Below are positions 27,397 through 36,280 of a stretch of 64,000 nt of DNA, one piece after another. Source of the stretch: Candidatus Hadarchaeales archaeon. Lineage in GTDB: Archaea > Hadarchaeota > Hadarchaeia > Hadarchaeales > WYZ-LMO6. Below the pieces are notes generated by a model. It was not told the origin of the DNA, did not search any database, and saw only the letters and a program-made list of their open reading frames with translations. The position numbers were made by a program, and so were the translations under genes. The stretch spans positions 32,001 to 96,000 of the forward strand of contig JAWCKR010000003.1 of NCBI GenBank assembly GCA_038851755.1, in the 5' to 3' direction. Position 1 is the first letter of the stretch; every line of letters starts with the position of its first letter.

Positions 27397-29299
27397 GCCT
27401 TATCGCCTCCAGGTTGGGCGGGGCCCTCGTTTCCACCCTGAAGATCTTGTGCAGGGTGCTGGCCAGGTTCAGGCATCTGCTTTCCTCCCCGTGGCAGCAT
27501 ATCACCCTGGAGGGCTTGGAGGAGAGCCTCCTGACGTAGTTGAGGAGCTGGTTCCTGTCCGAGTGACCGCTGAACCCATCCACGGTTTCTACCCTCATCT
27601 TCACCTCCACCACCTCCGCCCTGCCGTCCTTCCCCCTCAGGGGCACCTCCCTCCACCCCTTCTGGATCCTGCGCCCGAGGGAGCCCTCGCTCTGGTACCC
27701 GACGAACACCAGCGTGTTCCTGGGGTCCGGGGCAAGCTGCCTGAAGTACTCCAGCACGGGTCCCCCCGTCATCATGCCCGCCGTGGCCAGGATCACGCAC
27801 GGTCCCCCGTCCACGATGGCCTGCCTGTCGTCGGGCTTCTTTACCTGGATGAAGATCTCGGAAAGGAAGGGGTTGTCGTCCTGGAAGATCAGCTTCCTCA
27901 GGACGGGGGAGAGGTACTCTGGGTAGAGGGCGTGGATGGCCGTGGCCTCCCAGATCATCCCGTCCAGGTAGACCTCCCCTTCGAACTCTCCTTTGCGGTA
28001 GGCCTCCTCCAGCAGCATCATGATCTCCTGCGACCTCCCCACCGCGAACACCGGCACCAGCACCTTCCCTCCCCCCTCCATGGTTTCCCTCACCAGCTGC
28101 AGGAACCTCTCCTCCGCCTCCGCCCTGGGGAGCTGGATGCTGTCGGGCCCTCCGTAGGTGCTCTCCATGATGAGGGTCTCCACCCTGGGGAAGGAACAGA
28201 CGGCGGGGAGGAAGAGCTTCGTCTTGTCGAACTTGATGTCCCCCGTGTAGACCACGTTGTGCAGTCCCTCCCCGAAGTGGAGGTGGACCACCGAGGAGCC
28301 CAGGATGTGGCCAGCGTTGTACAGGGCGATCTTGAGGTCGGGAGAGATGTCGGTGATTTCGCCCCACTCCAGCGTGATGCAGTGCTGCACGAAGGTGCGT
28401 ACCTCCTTCTGGGTGAAGGGGGAGGCCTTGTCCTCCTTCTCCCCCACCTCCAGGTAGTCCTGCAGCAGGAGCACGGCCAGGTCCCTGGTGGGAGGGGTGC
28501 AGTACACGGGTCCGTCGTACCCGTAGCGGTAGAGATAGGGGAGGAAGCCCACGTGGTCCAGGTGGGCGTGGGAGATCACCACCGCGTCGAGTTCGGCAAG
28601 CCTGCACTCCGGGGCCTCCAGGTGGGGATAGGCCCTGTCCTCCGAGGCCACGTTCACTCCGCAGTCGAGCATCACCTTGCTCTCCGGGGTCTGGAGGAGG
28701 AGAGAGGACCGCCCCACCTCCCTGGCACCCCCTAGCAGGGAGATCCTCAGCCAGTCCCCCCTCCCCCTGGGCTGCCTGTGGATTCTCCTCCCTATCCCCT
28801 GCAGGATCTCCAGCTTCTTTCCGCTGTTCTGCAGGAGGGAGAAGCGTATGCCCTGGATGAGGTCGGACTGGATGGGCGGGGTCCGGACCACCCTGGGGGC
28901 CCACCCTATCTCCTTCATCACCATCCTGAGGGTGGAGCCGTCCCTCCCTATCGCCACCCCAGGCCTCTGGGCCTCCACCACCACCTCTCCCGTGGTCCTG
29001 TCGAAGAGGACGGCCGTTATTCCCGCCTCGGGGGGGATGAGCTCCCTTATCCTCTTCTCCGCCTCGCCCTCCTCCAGCAGCAGCTGGGGGTCGGGCCTCA
29101 GGATGATGCGCTTGTGGAGCTTCTTGGCCAGGTCCCTGATGGCATCCCCTCCCTCCGTGAGGAGGCTGAGGTTCTTGCAGTACATCACGATCTTCGGCCC
29201 CTCGAACTCCACACCTGAAACCGACTCTCCCAGCACGGGGTCCTGCTTGATGAACTCCTTCGCCTGTTGTAGCAGATCTTCCGTCGCCATGAGCTTCAC
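27389..29299 (-). CDS. fttA: Beta-CASP ribonuclease aCPSF1 / termination factor FttA
   Basis: KH domains, LGGAREVGRS, HAHLDH, AGHILGS, FAVGRSQE, GFSGHSD, HGE. Confidence 0.96.
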   Translation of the reverse strand: MKLMATEDLLQQAKEFIKQDPVLGESVSGVEFEGPKIVMYCKNLSLLTEGGDAIRDLAKKLHKRIILRPDPQLLLEEGEAEKRIRELIPPEAGITAVLFDRTTGEVVVEAQRPGVAIGRDGSTLRMVMKEIGWAPRVVRTPPIQSDLIQGIRFSLLQNSGKKLEILQGIGRRIHRQPRGRGDWLRISLLGGAREVGRSSLLLQTPESKVMLDCGVNVASEDRAYPHLEAPECRLAELDAVVISHAHLDHVGFLPYLYRYGYDGPVYCTPPTRDLAVLLLQDYLEVGEKEDKASPFTQKEVRTFVQHCITLEWGEITDISPDLKIALYNAGHILGSSVVHLHFGEGLHNVVYTGDIKFDKTKLFLPAVCSFPRVETLIMESTYGGPDSIQLPRAEAEERFLQLVRETMEGGGKVLVPVFAVGRSQEIMMLLEEAYRKGEFEGEVYLDGMIWEATAIHALYPEYLSPVLRKLIFQDDNPFLSEIFIQVKKPDDRQAIVDGGPCVILATAGMMTGGPVLEYFRQLAPDPRNTLVFVGYQSEGSLGRRIQKGWREVPLRGKDGRAEVVEVKMRVETVDGFSGHSDRNQLLNYVRRLSSKPSRVICCHGEESRCLNLASTLHKIFRVETRAPPNLEAIRLR

Positions 29300-29309
29300 G
29301 TTGTGAGGA

Positions 29310-29975
29310 TCAGGAAAGCTTGAGGATTTCCTCGGGGGAAAGGCTCTGGATGCCGCTCTCCCTCACCACCAGCACCTCCACCTCGTTGCCGGTGGCTATG
29401 TCCCTCTTCATAGCGGTCCTCACGGCCTTCACCGCCACGGGGAGGACCTCCTTGACCTTGGCACCCTCCTTCACCTCGTTCTCCAGGACTCCGTAGGCCA
29501 CGGGTGAGCCCGATCCCGTGGCCACCATCTTCTCCTCCGTGAGGGTGCCCTCCATGCCCACGAAGTAGAGCCTGGGGCCGTCCTCGTCCACGCCCCCCAC
29601 CAGAAGATGGGCCAGGTAGGGCAGGAAGAACTGCGAGTGGAGGAGGTTGGAGGCCATCTTGGCCACGGCGCCCACCGTGATGGGTCTCCCCTCCCTCACC
29701 GTGTAGAGGGAGGCCTCCGCCCTCAGCATTCTGATCAGGGCCTGCACGTCTCCTACTCCTCCCGCCACGGTAGCGGCCACTCTCTCGGTTATCCCGTAGA
29801 GCTTCTTGGCTCTCTTGCTGGCGATGAGGTGTCCTGCCGTGGCCCTGGTGTCCGCGGCCAGCACCACGCCGTCCTTGCAGACCACTCCTACGGTGGTGGT
29901 ACCGGTGAATTTCTTTGGGTCCCTCTCCACTAGCTCAACTCCCAGAAAACGACCATCCTCTCTTTGTGATTCCAT
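29310..29975 (-). CDS. psmB: Proteasome subunit beta
   Basis: Propeptide followed by G/TTTVG, AADTRAT, TGSGS..AYGVLE, RD.ATG; adjacent to aCPSF1. Confidence 0.95.
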   Translation of the reverse strand: MESQREDGRFLGVELVERDPKKFTGTTTVGVVCKDGVVLAADTRATAGHLIASKRAKKLYGITERVAATVAGGVGDVQALIRMLRAEASLYTVREGRPITVGAVAKMASNLLHSQFFLPYLAHLLVGGVDEDGPRLYFVGMEGTLTEEKMVATGSGSPVAYGVLENEVKEGAKVKEVLPVAVKAVRTAMKRDIATGNEVEVLVVRESGIQSLSPEEILKLS

Positions 29976-30008
29976 ATTTAAATTTTCTCTTTTCGATGGA
30001 AGTCGTGC

Positions 30009-31166
30009 ATGAGCGGTTTTGAGGTGAAGAACGTCTTCGAGCACGTGGACATGCTGGCGTACGAGATAGGGCCGAGGAAGGCGGGGAGCAGGGGAGACAG
30101 GAGGACGGTGGAGTACCTCTCCTCCAAACTCAGGGAGTACGGGCTGAAGGTCCACGTGCAGGAGTTCGGGTTCGTCGGCAGGACAAGACGCCTGGCTTTC
30201 ATGCTCTCCCTGGGCCTCCTCTTCCTCTCCCTCACCCTCTTTCTCCCTCCCCTTCTCTCCCTCCTCCTCTGGTCCCTCTTCCTCCTCCTCTCTGAGTTCT
30301 CAGGGAGGATCCTCCCCGGGCAGAAGACCTGCAACCTCCTGGCGGAGATGAAGGGTGAGGGAGAAAGGAAGGTACTCCTGGCGCACAGGGACTCGGCTTC
30401 CTGTGTTTCCCGCCCGCGTCTGCTGGAGGTATCCTCCCTCTTCCTCCCCCTCTCCCTCCTGCTTCCCTCCTTCCTCCTCCTCCTCAGGCTCCTCTTCCCC
30501 CCTCTCTGGCCTTGGGGAGGCTTCCTCTCCCTCTTCCTCTTCGCCCTCTTCCCCTCCCTCCGCCTCCTTTCCCTCTCCTCCAGCGTTTCGCCAGGGGCCA
30601 ACGACAACGCCTCTGGGGTGGCCCTGCTCCTGGAGGTGGCCAGGGTCTGCTCTCAGCTCAACCCCGTGCCCCCCCTGCTCCTCGCTTTCACGGGGGCGGA
30701 GGAGGAGGGCCTCTGGGGATCGAAGGCCCTCGCCTCAGGCGGGGTGCTGAGGAGGGAAGACAGGATCCTCAACGTGGACACGGTGGGGGTGGGAAGGGTG
30801 CACCTTGTGGTGGGGAGCGGGCTCTTGCGAAGGAGGGAGACCCCCAGGGGTCTCAACGAGGAGGTGAGGAGGTGCTTGAAGGAGGAGGGCTTGAGGCCTG
30901 GAGAGTGGTGGACGGTCTTCTCCGCTCATGACCACCTTCCCCTGCTCCGCAAGGGTTTTTCGGCCACCACCCTCACCGCAGACACGGGCCTCCGCGGGGA
31001 TTCTTCCCTCTTCAGGTTCTTCCGGATCCCCAAGGCGGGCAGGAGGGGATGGAGGTACCTGCACACGGAGGAGGATCTCCCTCCCAGGCTGGAGCTATCC
31101 ACCCTTGAGAGGGTGGGGAAGGCCCTGCTGAGGTTCGCGGGTGCGGGGGAGGGACCGGCCGGGTGA
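30009..31166 (+). CDS. M28 family peptidase with transmembrane insertions
   Basis: GPR.AGS, AH.DS, GANDNASG, AEEEG, DH, H..ED motifs interrupted by two hydrophobic hairpins. Confidence 0.85.
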   Translation: MSGFEVKNVFEHVDMLAYEIGPRKAGSRGDRRTVEYLSSKLREYGLKVHVQEFGFVGRTRRLAFMLSLGLLFLSLTLFLPPLLSLLLWSLFLLLSEFSGRILPGQKTCNLLAEMKGEGERKVLLAHRDSASCVSRPRLLEVSSLFLPLSLLLPSFLLLLRLLFPPLWPWGGFLSLFLFALFPSLRLLSLSSSVSPGANDNASGVALLLEVARVCSQLNPVPPLLLAFTGAEEEGLWGSKALASGGVLRREDRILNVDTVGVGRVHLVVGSGLLRRRETPRGLNEEVRRCLKEEGLRPGEWWTVFSAHDHLPLLRKGFSATTLTADTGLRGDSSLFRFFRIPKAGRRGWRYLHTEEDLPPRLELSTLERVGKALLRFAGAGEGPAG

Positions 31167-31170
31167 GGTG

Positions 31171-32166
31171 ATGGACGTCTCCCTCCTCTTCCCCCTCTCG
31201 GCCTCCCTCCTCCTGGCAGCGGGCATGGGCGCCAGCGACACCGCCGACGCCATGGGTACGGCGGTGGGGGCCAGGATCCTCTCCTACCGGAGGGCAGTCT
31301 TTCTCTTCGCCCTCTTCCTCTTCGTGGGGGCGGTGCTGGAGGGGGGGAAGCTGGTGGAGCCCGTGGGGAAGGGGGTGGTCTCCGGACCCCTCTTCTTAGA
31401 CCATCCCCTTCCCTTCTCCCTGGTTCTGCTCCTCTCGGGCGTGGCGGTGGTGGTCAGCGCCTGGCACGGCATCCCCCTCTCCACCCATCAGCTTATCCTG
31501 GGAGGGATCATCGGCGGGGGAGTGGCGGGCAGCCTGCTGGCGGGACCCGCGGAGGCCGGGCTTCAAGGAGGGAAGGTGCTGCAGGTGGTGGTGGCCTGGT
31601 GCCTCACCCCCTTCCTCTCCCTCCTCCTCTCCTTCCTCCTCTGCCGCCTCTTCAGGCGCCTCTTCCTCTCGGTGAAGGATCCCGCGGGCCTCAATCTCCT
31701 CTTCTCCCTGGGCGTCGTTTCCAGCGGGTGCTACATGGCGTACGTGATGGGGGCCAACGGCCTGGGCACCGTAATCGGGAGTTTCTTCGCCACCAGGGGG
31801 GGAGAGCTCACCCCTTCCTTCCTCCGCACCATGGCCCTGGGAGGGGCCGTGCTGGTGGTGGCAGGGGCCTTTGTGCTGGGGGAGAGGGTGGTGAGGACCG
31901 TGGGCAGCGGTTTGGCCCCCCTTTCGCCCACCAGCGCCATAGCCTCCCAGCTCAGCGCGGGCCTCAGCGTGCACCTCCTCACCCAGTACGGTCTTCCCGT
32001 TTCCATGAGCCACGCCATCGTGACCAGCGTGGTGGGTGCTGGTCTGGCCATGGACGTCTCCACGGTGAGGACGGGGAGGGTGAGGGAGCTGGTGCTGGTG
32101 TGGATCCTCTGCCCCTTCCTCACCTTCACGCTGGGAGTGCTCTTCTACGCCCTCCACCTCGGATGA
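31171..32166 (+). CDS. Inorganic phosphate transporter (PiT family)
   Basis: GASD.A..MG..VG, GIPLST, GAN, G.RV..TVG, GLPVS.SH motifs. Confidence 0.88.
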   Translation: MDVSLLFPLSASLLLAAGMGASDTADAMGTAVGARILSYRRAVFLFALFLFVGAVLEGGKLVEPVGKGVVSGPLFLDHPLPFSLVLLLSGVAVVVSAWHGIPLSTHQLILGGIIGGGVAGSLLAGPAEAGLQGGKVLQVVVAWCLTPFLSLLLSFLLCRLFRRLFLSVKDPAGLNLLFSLGVVSSGCYMAYVMGANGLGTVIGSFFATRGGELTPSFLRTMALGGAVLVVAGAFVLGERVVRTVGSGLAPLSPTSAIASQLSAGLSVHLLTQYGLPVSMSHAIVTSVVGAGLAMDVSTVRTGRVRELVLVWILCPFLTFTLGVLFYALHLG

Positions 32167-32844
32167 TCAGACCCTGAAACCGTAGATGAGGATGAGCAGG
32201 AGGTGGCTGGCCTCCTCCGCCTGGTCCGAGATGTCCCCTATCCCGTGGATGACCTGGTCGAGCTGCATGACGGTGACGGGGTCGAGGCCCTTTTCCTTCT
32301 CGTACAGGTCCACGATCAGTCCCTGCTCTATAAGGTCCGACTCGTGTTCCCTCCTCCCCACCTCCTTGGCCTGGGCCTCCGCCAGGTCCATGTTGGAGGT
32401 GAGGGTCTTCACGGAGGAGGAGAGGGCCTCAGCGCAGCGCGTCGCCAGCTCCCCCATCTTCACCATTCCCTCCCTCAGCCTCTCCATCTTCCTTCCCGCC
32501 TTCTTCATCACCCTCCAGGTCCGCTCCCGGCTCAGGATGGTCCTGCTCACCTCCTCCGTCACGTCCGCCACGTTGTCCAGCTGGGAGCCCAGTCTGGCCA
32601 GATCCCCTCTGTAGGCGGGCAGGAAGGCCCCGCCAGCCAGGGCTCGGTTGAACTTGCCCAGCCTGTCGTCAGCCTGGCTCTCCAGAAGGGTGACCTCCCT
32701 CCCCAGGCAGCAGGCCTTTTCCCACTCGAAGGAGGAGAGGGCCTGGACCAGCTCCTCGAACTTCCTCACCACCCCCAGCACCGCCTCGGAGTGAAGCCCG
32801 AGCAGCCTGAGCGCTTCCCTCTCCTTCCCCTTCCACATCCTCAT
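32167..32844 (-). CDS. DUF47 / PhoU-like phosphate transport regulator
   Basis: LE..AD, AFLP..R.D, EHESD, IGDISD.AE repeats; adjacent to PiT. Confidence 0.85.
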   Translation of the reverse strand: MRMWKGKEREALRLLGLHSEAVLGVVRKFEELVQALSSFEWEKACCLGREVTLLESQADDRLGKFNRALAGGAFLPAYRGDLARLGSQLDNVADVTEEVSRTILSRERTWRVMKKAGRKMERLREGMVKMGELATRCAEALSSSVKTLTSNMDLAEAQAKEVGRREHESDLIEQGLIVDLYEKEKGLDPVTVMQLDQVIHGIGDISDQAEEASHLLLILIYGFRV

Positions 32845-33344
32845 CCCCCCGTCCTCTCCCCCACCTTCCTCAGCTCGGAGCCGCAGACGGAGCAGCGCAG
32901 GATCCTCACGGAGTACTTCCTCCCGCAGGCAGGGCAGACCTTCGACCACTTCAGCACCCTCCTTATCCCAGGCATCAGCAGTCCCCGGTGCGCAATCTTC
33001 ATCAAGCTGGCCACGTTCTGGATGCCGTAGTCGTCCGTGACCACCTCCACCTCCTTTCCACTCTTCCTCAGCGAGAGGGCCAGGGCGAGAAGTTCCAGGT
33101 CCGTCCCAGAGAGTCTGTCCCCAGTTTTACCGGCCAGCCTCTCCGCTTCCTTCCTCTCCCCGACAGGTGGTTCCAGGATCCTGACCTTCTTCTCCAGCAG
33201 GCCCACCTCCAGCCTGGAACGGGAGAGCCCTTCCCTGAGTTCCTCCAGAACCGAGGGCACGGTCACCTGCTCGGCCTCCTCCTTCCCTGGGGAGAAGCCG
33301 CCTATCAGAGCGGAGGTGTCCAGAACGTACACCTTCCTCACCAT
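32841..33344 (-). CDS. nob1: NOB1 family endonuclease (PIN + Zn ribbon)
   Basis: VLDTSA, LS.TD, TDDY.IQN, C..C...C..CG. Confidence 0.92.
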   Translation of the reverse strand: MVRKVYVLDTSALIGGFSPGKEEAEQVTVPSVLEELREGLSRSRLEVGLLEKKVRILEPPVGERKEAERLAGKTGDRLSGTDLELLALALSLRKSGKEVEVVTDDYGIQNVASLMKIAHRGLLMPGIRRVLKWSKVCPACGRKYSVRILRCSVCGSELRKVGERTGG

Positions 33345-34150
33345 ATCTTCTCCCTCAGCCTCTCGTAAAAGTTACCCCTCCACCTCAGGAAGGAGACGGG
33401 CCTCTCCGACTTGAAGAAGAGGATCCTCTCCCCCAGCTCCACCTCTCTAGCGAACTGCCCGTCCACCACGACCGAGGCGTGGTTGTCCGCCCTCGTCACC
33501 TCCACCTCCACCTTTCTATGGCTGGGGATGACCATGGGTGGCAGGGGCGGGGAGGTGCAGAAGGGGTTGACTATGAGCGCCTCCAGCCCGGGTTCCACCA
33601 CCGGCCCGCCCGCGGAGAGGGAGTGGCCCGTGCTTCCCGTGGGGGTGGCCACCACGAGCCCGTCCCCCCTGGCCTCGTAGAGGGTTTTCCCCTCCAGCAG
33701 CACCTTGAAGGAGATGGACTTCCCAGGTCTGAGCCAGGTGAGGCAGGCGTCGTTGATGGCATCGGGGAGCCTCTCCCCTCCCACCTTGGTGGCCAGCGCC
33801 ATCCTTCCCTCCACCTCCAGCTTCCCCGCCACCATCCTCTTGACGGCCTCCTCGGCTTCAGAGGGGGGGACCTCGGCCAGGAAGCCCCTCCTCCCCATGT
33901 GGACTCCCAGCAGGGGGAGGTGTGGGGCGAGCAAGTGGGCACCCAGCAGGGTACCGTCCCCCCCCACGGTGAGGAGGGCCTCCACCTCCATCTCCCCCAC
34001 CTCCTCTCCCTTCTCTCCCAGCCTCTCGGCCAGCTTCTTCTCGAGCACCATGGACCCCCTGGGCGCGGCCTTCAGTAGCTTGCGGACGAGCTCCAGAGCG
34101 GGAGGAAGGTCGAGACGGGCCACCACCCCCACCCTCATCTTCGTCATCAC
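33338..34150 (-). CDS. nadK: NAD kinase
   Basis: GGDGT, G.RGFL, DGLVVATPTGST..SLSAGGP, VDG. Confidence 0.93.
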   Translation of the reverse strand: MMTKMRVGVVARLDLPPALELVRKLLKAAPRGSMVLEKKLAERLGEKGEEVGEMEVEALLTVGGDGTLLGAHLLAPHLPLLGVHMGRRGFLAEVPPSEAEEAVKRMVAGKLEVEGRMALATKVGGERLPDAINDACLTWLRPGKSISFKVLLEGKTLYEARGDGLVVATPTGSTGHSLSAGGPVVEPGLEALIVNPFCTSPPLPPMVIPSHRKVEVEVTRADNHASVVVDGQFAREVELGERILFFKSERPVSFLRWRGNFYERLREKIW

Positions 34151-34225
34151 CTTACTCGGGGGAGGGCTCTTTTAACCCCACCGAAGGGAGCTCCGGCCTC
34201 CGGGGGCGCGGGAATCAAAAACCTC

Positions 34226-34231
34226 TTTAAA
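34226..34231 (+). promoter_or_regulatory. Putative TATA box for the aIF5A gene
   Basis: TTTAAA preceded by an A-rich BRE-like stretch, about 27 nt upstream of ATG 34258. Confidence 0.5.
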
Positions 34232-34257
34232 GGAGGCGGCTTAGTTAGTAGAACTCC

Positions 34258-34644
34258 ATGAAAGAGGTGGTAGAAGTAGGGAAGCTCAGGGAGGGCAGGT
34301 TCATCATCATAGACGGGGAGCCCTGCAGGATCGTGGGCTACAGCACCTCCGCCCCGGGCAAGCACGGGCACGCGAAGGCCAAGATAGATGCCATCAGCTT
34401 CTTCGACGGCCAGAAGAGGACGGTGATAAAGCCCACCAGCGCGAAGGTGGAGGTCCCCATCGTGAAGAGGGGGAACGCCCAGGTGCTGGCGGTGGTGAAG
34501 AACAGCGCCCAGCTCATGGACCTCACCACCTACGAGACCTTCGAGCTCCCCATCCCCATAGAGCTGAGGGGGGACATCAAGGAGGGTGCGGAGGTCGAGT
34601 ACATCGAGGCCCTGGGAAGGCGCAAGATAGAGAGGGTAAAGTAG
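34258..34644 (+). CDS. eif5a: Translation factor aIF5A
   Basis: PGKHGHAK hypusination loop, V.VP..., QLMD..TYETF. Confidence 0.96.
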   Translation: MKEVVEVGKLREGRFIIIDGEPCRIVGYSTSAPGKHGHAKAKIDAISFFDGQKRTVIKPTSAKVEVPIVKRGNAQVLAVVKNSAQLMDLTTYETFELPIPIELRGDIKEGAEVEYIEALGRRKIERVK

Positions 34645-34679
34645 TCTTTTAGCGTTGCAACCCCATCCGGTCTGAGAGC

Positions 34680-36254
34680 TTGAAGTTTGAGGTGGAGAGG
34701 ATAAAGGCCCAGGCCGAGGAGGACTTCGAGAGGGCCTGGAGGGAGAGCGGGAAGCTCCTGAGGGAGGGAAAGGGGAAACACCGTCACGCCCAAAAGACCA
34801 GGACCCACCCCCTCATGGACCTGCTGGTGGAGGTGAGGAAGGTGCTCTTGGAGGAGGGGTTCACCGAGGTGGTCCTCCCCATGCTCGTGGACTCAGCGGA
34901 GGTGGTGAAGCAGTACGGACCAGAGGCCCTGGTGATCCTGGACAGGGTCTTTTTCCTGGCGGGGCTGGAGAGGCCTGACATAGGCATGAGCAGGAAGGAG
35001 AGGGAGGCCGTGCTGAAGCTGGTCCCCGGGTTCAGCAGGTTCGAGGAGCTCCAGTCCATCCTCCGCAGGTACAAGAAGGGGGAGGTGAGCGCCGACGACC
35101 TGCTGGAGGTGATGGTGAGGGAGCTGGGGCTCTCTGAGGAGGAGGCCTCGGGGATCGTCCAGGGGATCTTCCCCCAGTTCAAGGAGATGAGGCCCGTTCC
35201 CTCCACCCTCTCCCTCCGCTCCCACACCACCTCCCTCTGGTTCCCTGCCCTGGCGGAGTTCCTGAGGAGGGAGCCCCTGCCCATCCAGCTCTTCTCCATA
35301 GGGCCGAAGTTCAGGAGGGAGCAGAGGCTGGACAGGACCCACCTCTACGAGTCCTGGACCGCCTCGCTGGTGGAGATGGACGAGGACCTCTCCCTGGAGG
35401 ACGGGAAGGAGGTCACCAGGAGGATCTTCAGGAGGCTGGGCTTCGGGGAGGTCGAGTTCAGGACGAAGAGGGCCACCTCCAAGTACTACGCCCCCGGGAT
35501 GGAGTTCGAGGTCTTCCTCACCTCCAGGGGTGAGGAGGTGGAGGTGGCGGACGGGGGGATGTACAGCCCCGTGGCCCTCAGCCGGTACGGCATCCCCTAC
35601 CCGGTGTTCAACCTGGGGATAGGGCTGGAGAGGCTTCTGATGATCAGGACGGGGGAGGACGACGTGAGGAGGCTGGTCTACCCCTATTTCTACGCTGAGC
35701 CCTCCTTCTCCGACCGGGAGCTGGCGGCGATGGTGAGGGTGGGGGAGCAGCCCTTGACGGAGGAGGGTAGGAGGATAGCGGAGGCCATCCTGGAGGGGGC
35801 CAGGAAGCACGCCGATGCCCCCAGCCCCTGCGAGTTCGAGGTCTACAGGGGGGAGGTGGGAGGAAGGAGGGTGGTGGTGAAGCTGGTGGAGCCGGAGGAG
35901 AAGACGAAGCTCATAGGGCCCGCGGGCTTCAACACCCTCTACGTCTTCGACGGGAACCTGGTGGGGGTCCCTCCCGAGGGATGGAAGGACGACGAGTTCC
36001 TGCGGAGGGTGAGGAGGGAGGGCGTGAACACGGGCATCACCTACATGGGGGCCCTGGCCTCGCTGGCGGCACGCAGGATAGAGGAGGCGGCGGGGGAGGG
36101 GAGGCCGGTGAAGGTGAGGGTGAGGAACGTGAAGTCCCCCTCCGACATCAACGTGGTGGTGGAGGAGGTGGCCCAGCGCTACCTGACCTCCAGGCAGAAG
36201 AAGGTGGACGTGAGGGGTCCCGTGTTCACCACTATCACCGCGGAGTTCACCTGA
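34680..36254 (+). CDS. sepS: O-phosphoserine--tRNA(Cys) ligase SepRS
   Basis: DFE.AW, KQYGPEA..ILDR.F.LAGL.RPD.G, LRSH.T, FRREQ, SKYY.P, YPV.NLG.G.ER, DVRGPVF. Confidence 0.94.
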   Translation: MKFEVERIKAQAEEDFERAWRESGKLLREGKGKHRHAQKTRTHPLMDLLVEVRKVLLEEGFTEVVLPMLVDSAEVVKQYGPEALVILDRVFFLAGLERPDIGMSRKEREAVLKLVPGFSRFEELQSILRRYKKGEVSADDLLEVMVRELGLSEEEASGIVQGIFPQFKEMRPVPSTLSLRSHTTSLWFPALAEFLRREPLPIQLFSIGPKFRREQRLDRTHLYESWTASLVEMDEDLSLEDGKEVTRRIFRRLGFGEVEFRTKRATSKYYAPGMEFEVFLTSRGEEVEVADGGMYSPVALSRYGIPYPVFNLGIGLERLLMIRTGEDDVRRLVYPYFYAEPSFSDRELAAMVRVGEQPLTEEGRRIAEAILEGARKHADAPSPCEFEVYRGEVGGRRVVVKLVEPEEKTKLIGPAGFNTLYVFDGNLVGVPPEGWKDDEFLRRVRREGVNTGITYMGALASLAARRIEEAAGEGRPVKVRVRNVKSPSDINVVVEEVAQRYLTSRQKKVDVRGPVFTTITAEFT

Positions 36255-36280
36255 GGTTTTAAAGCACGTGGAGAAGTGGA

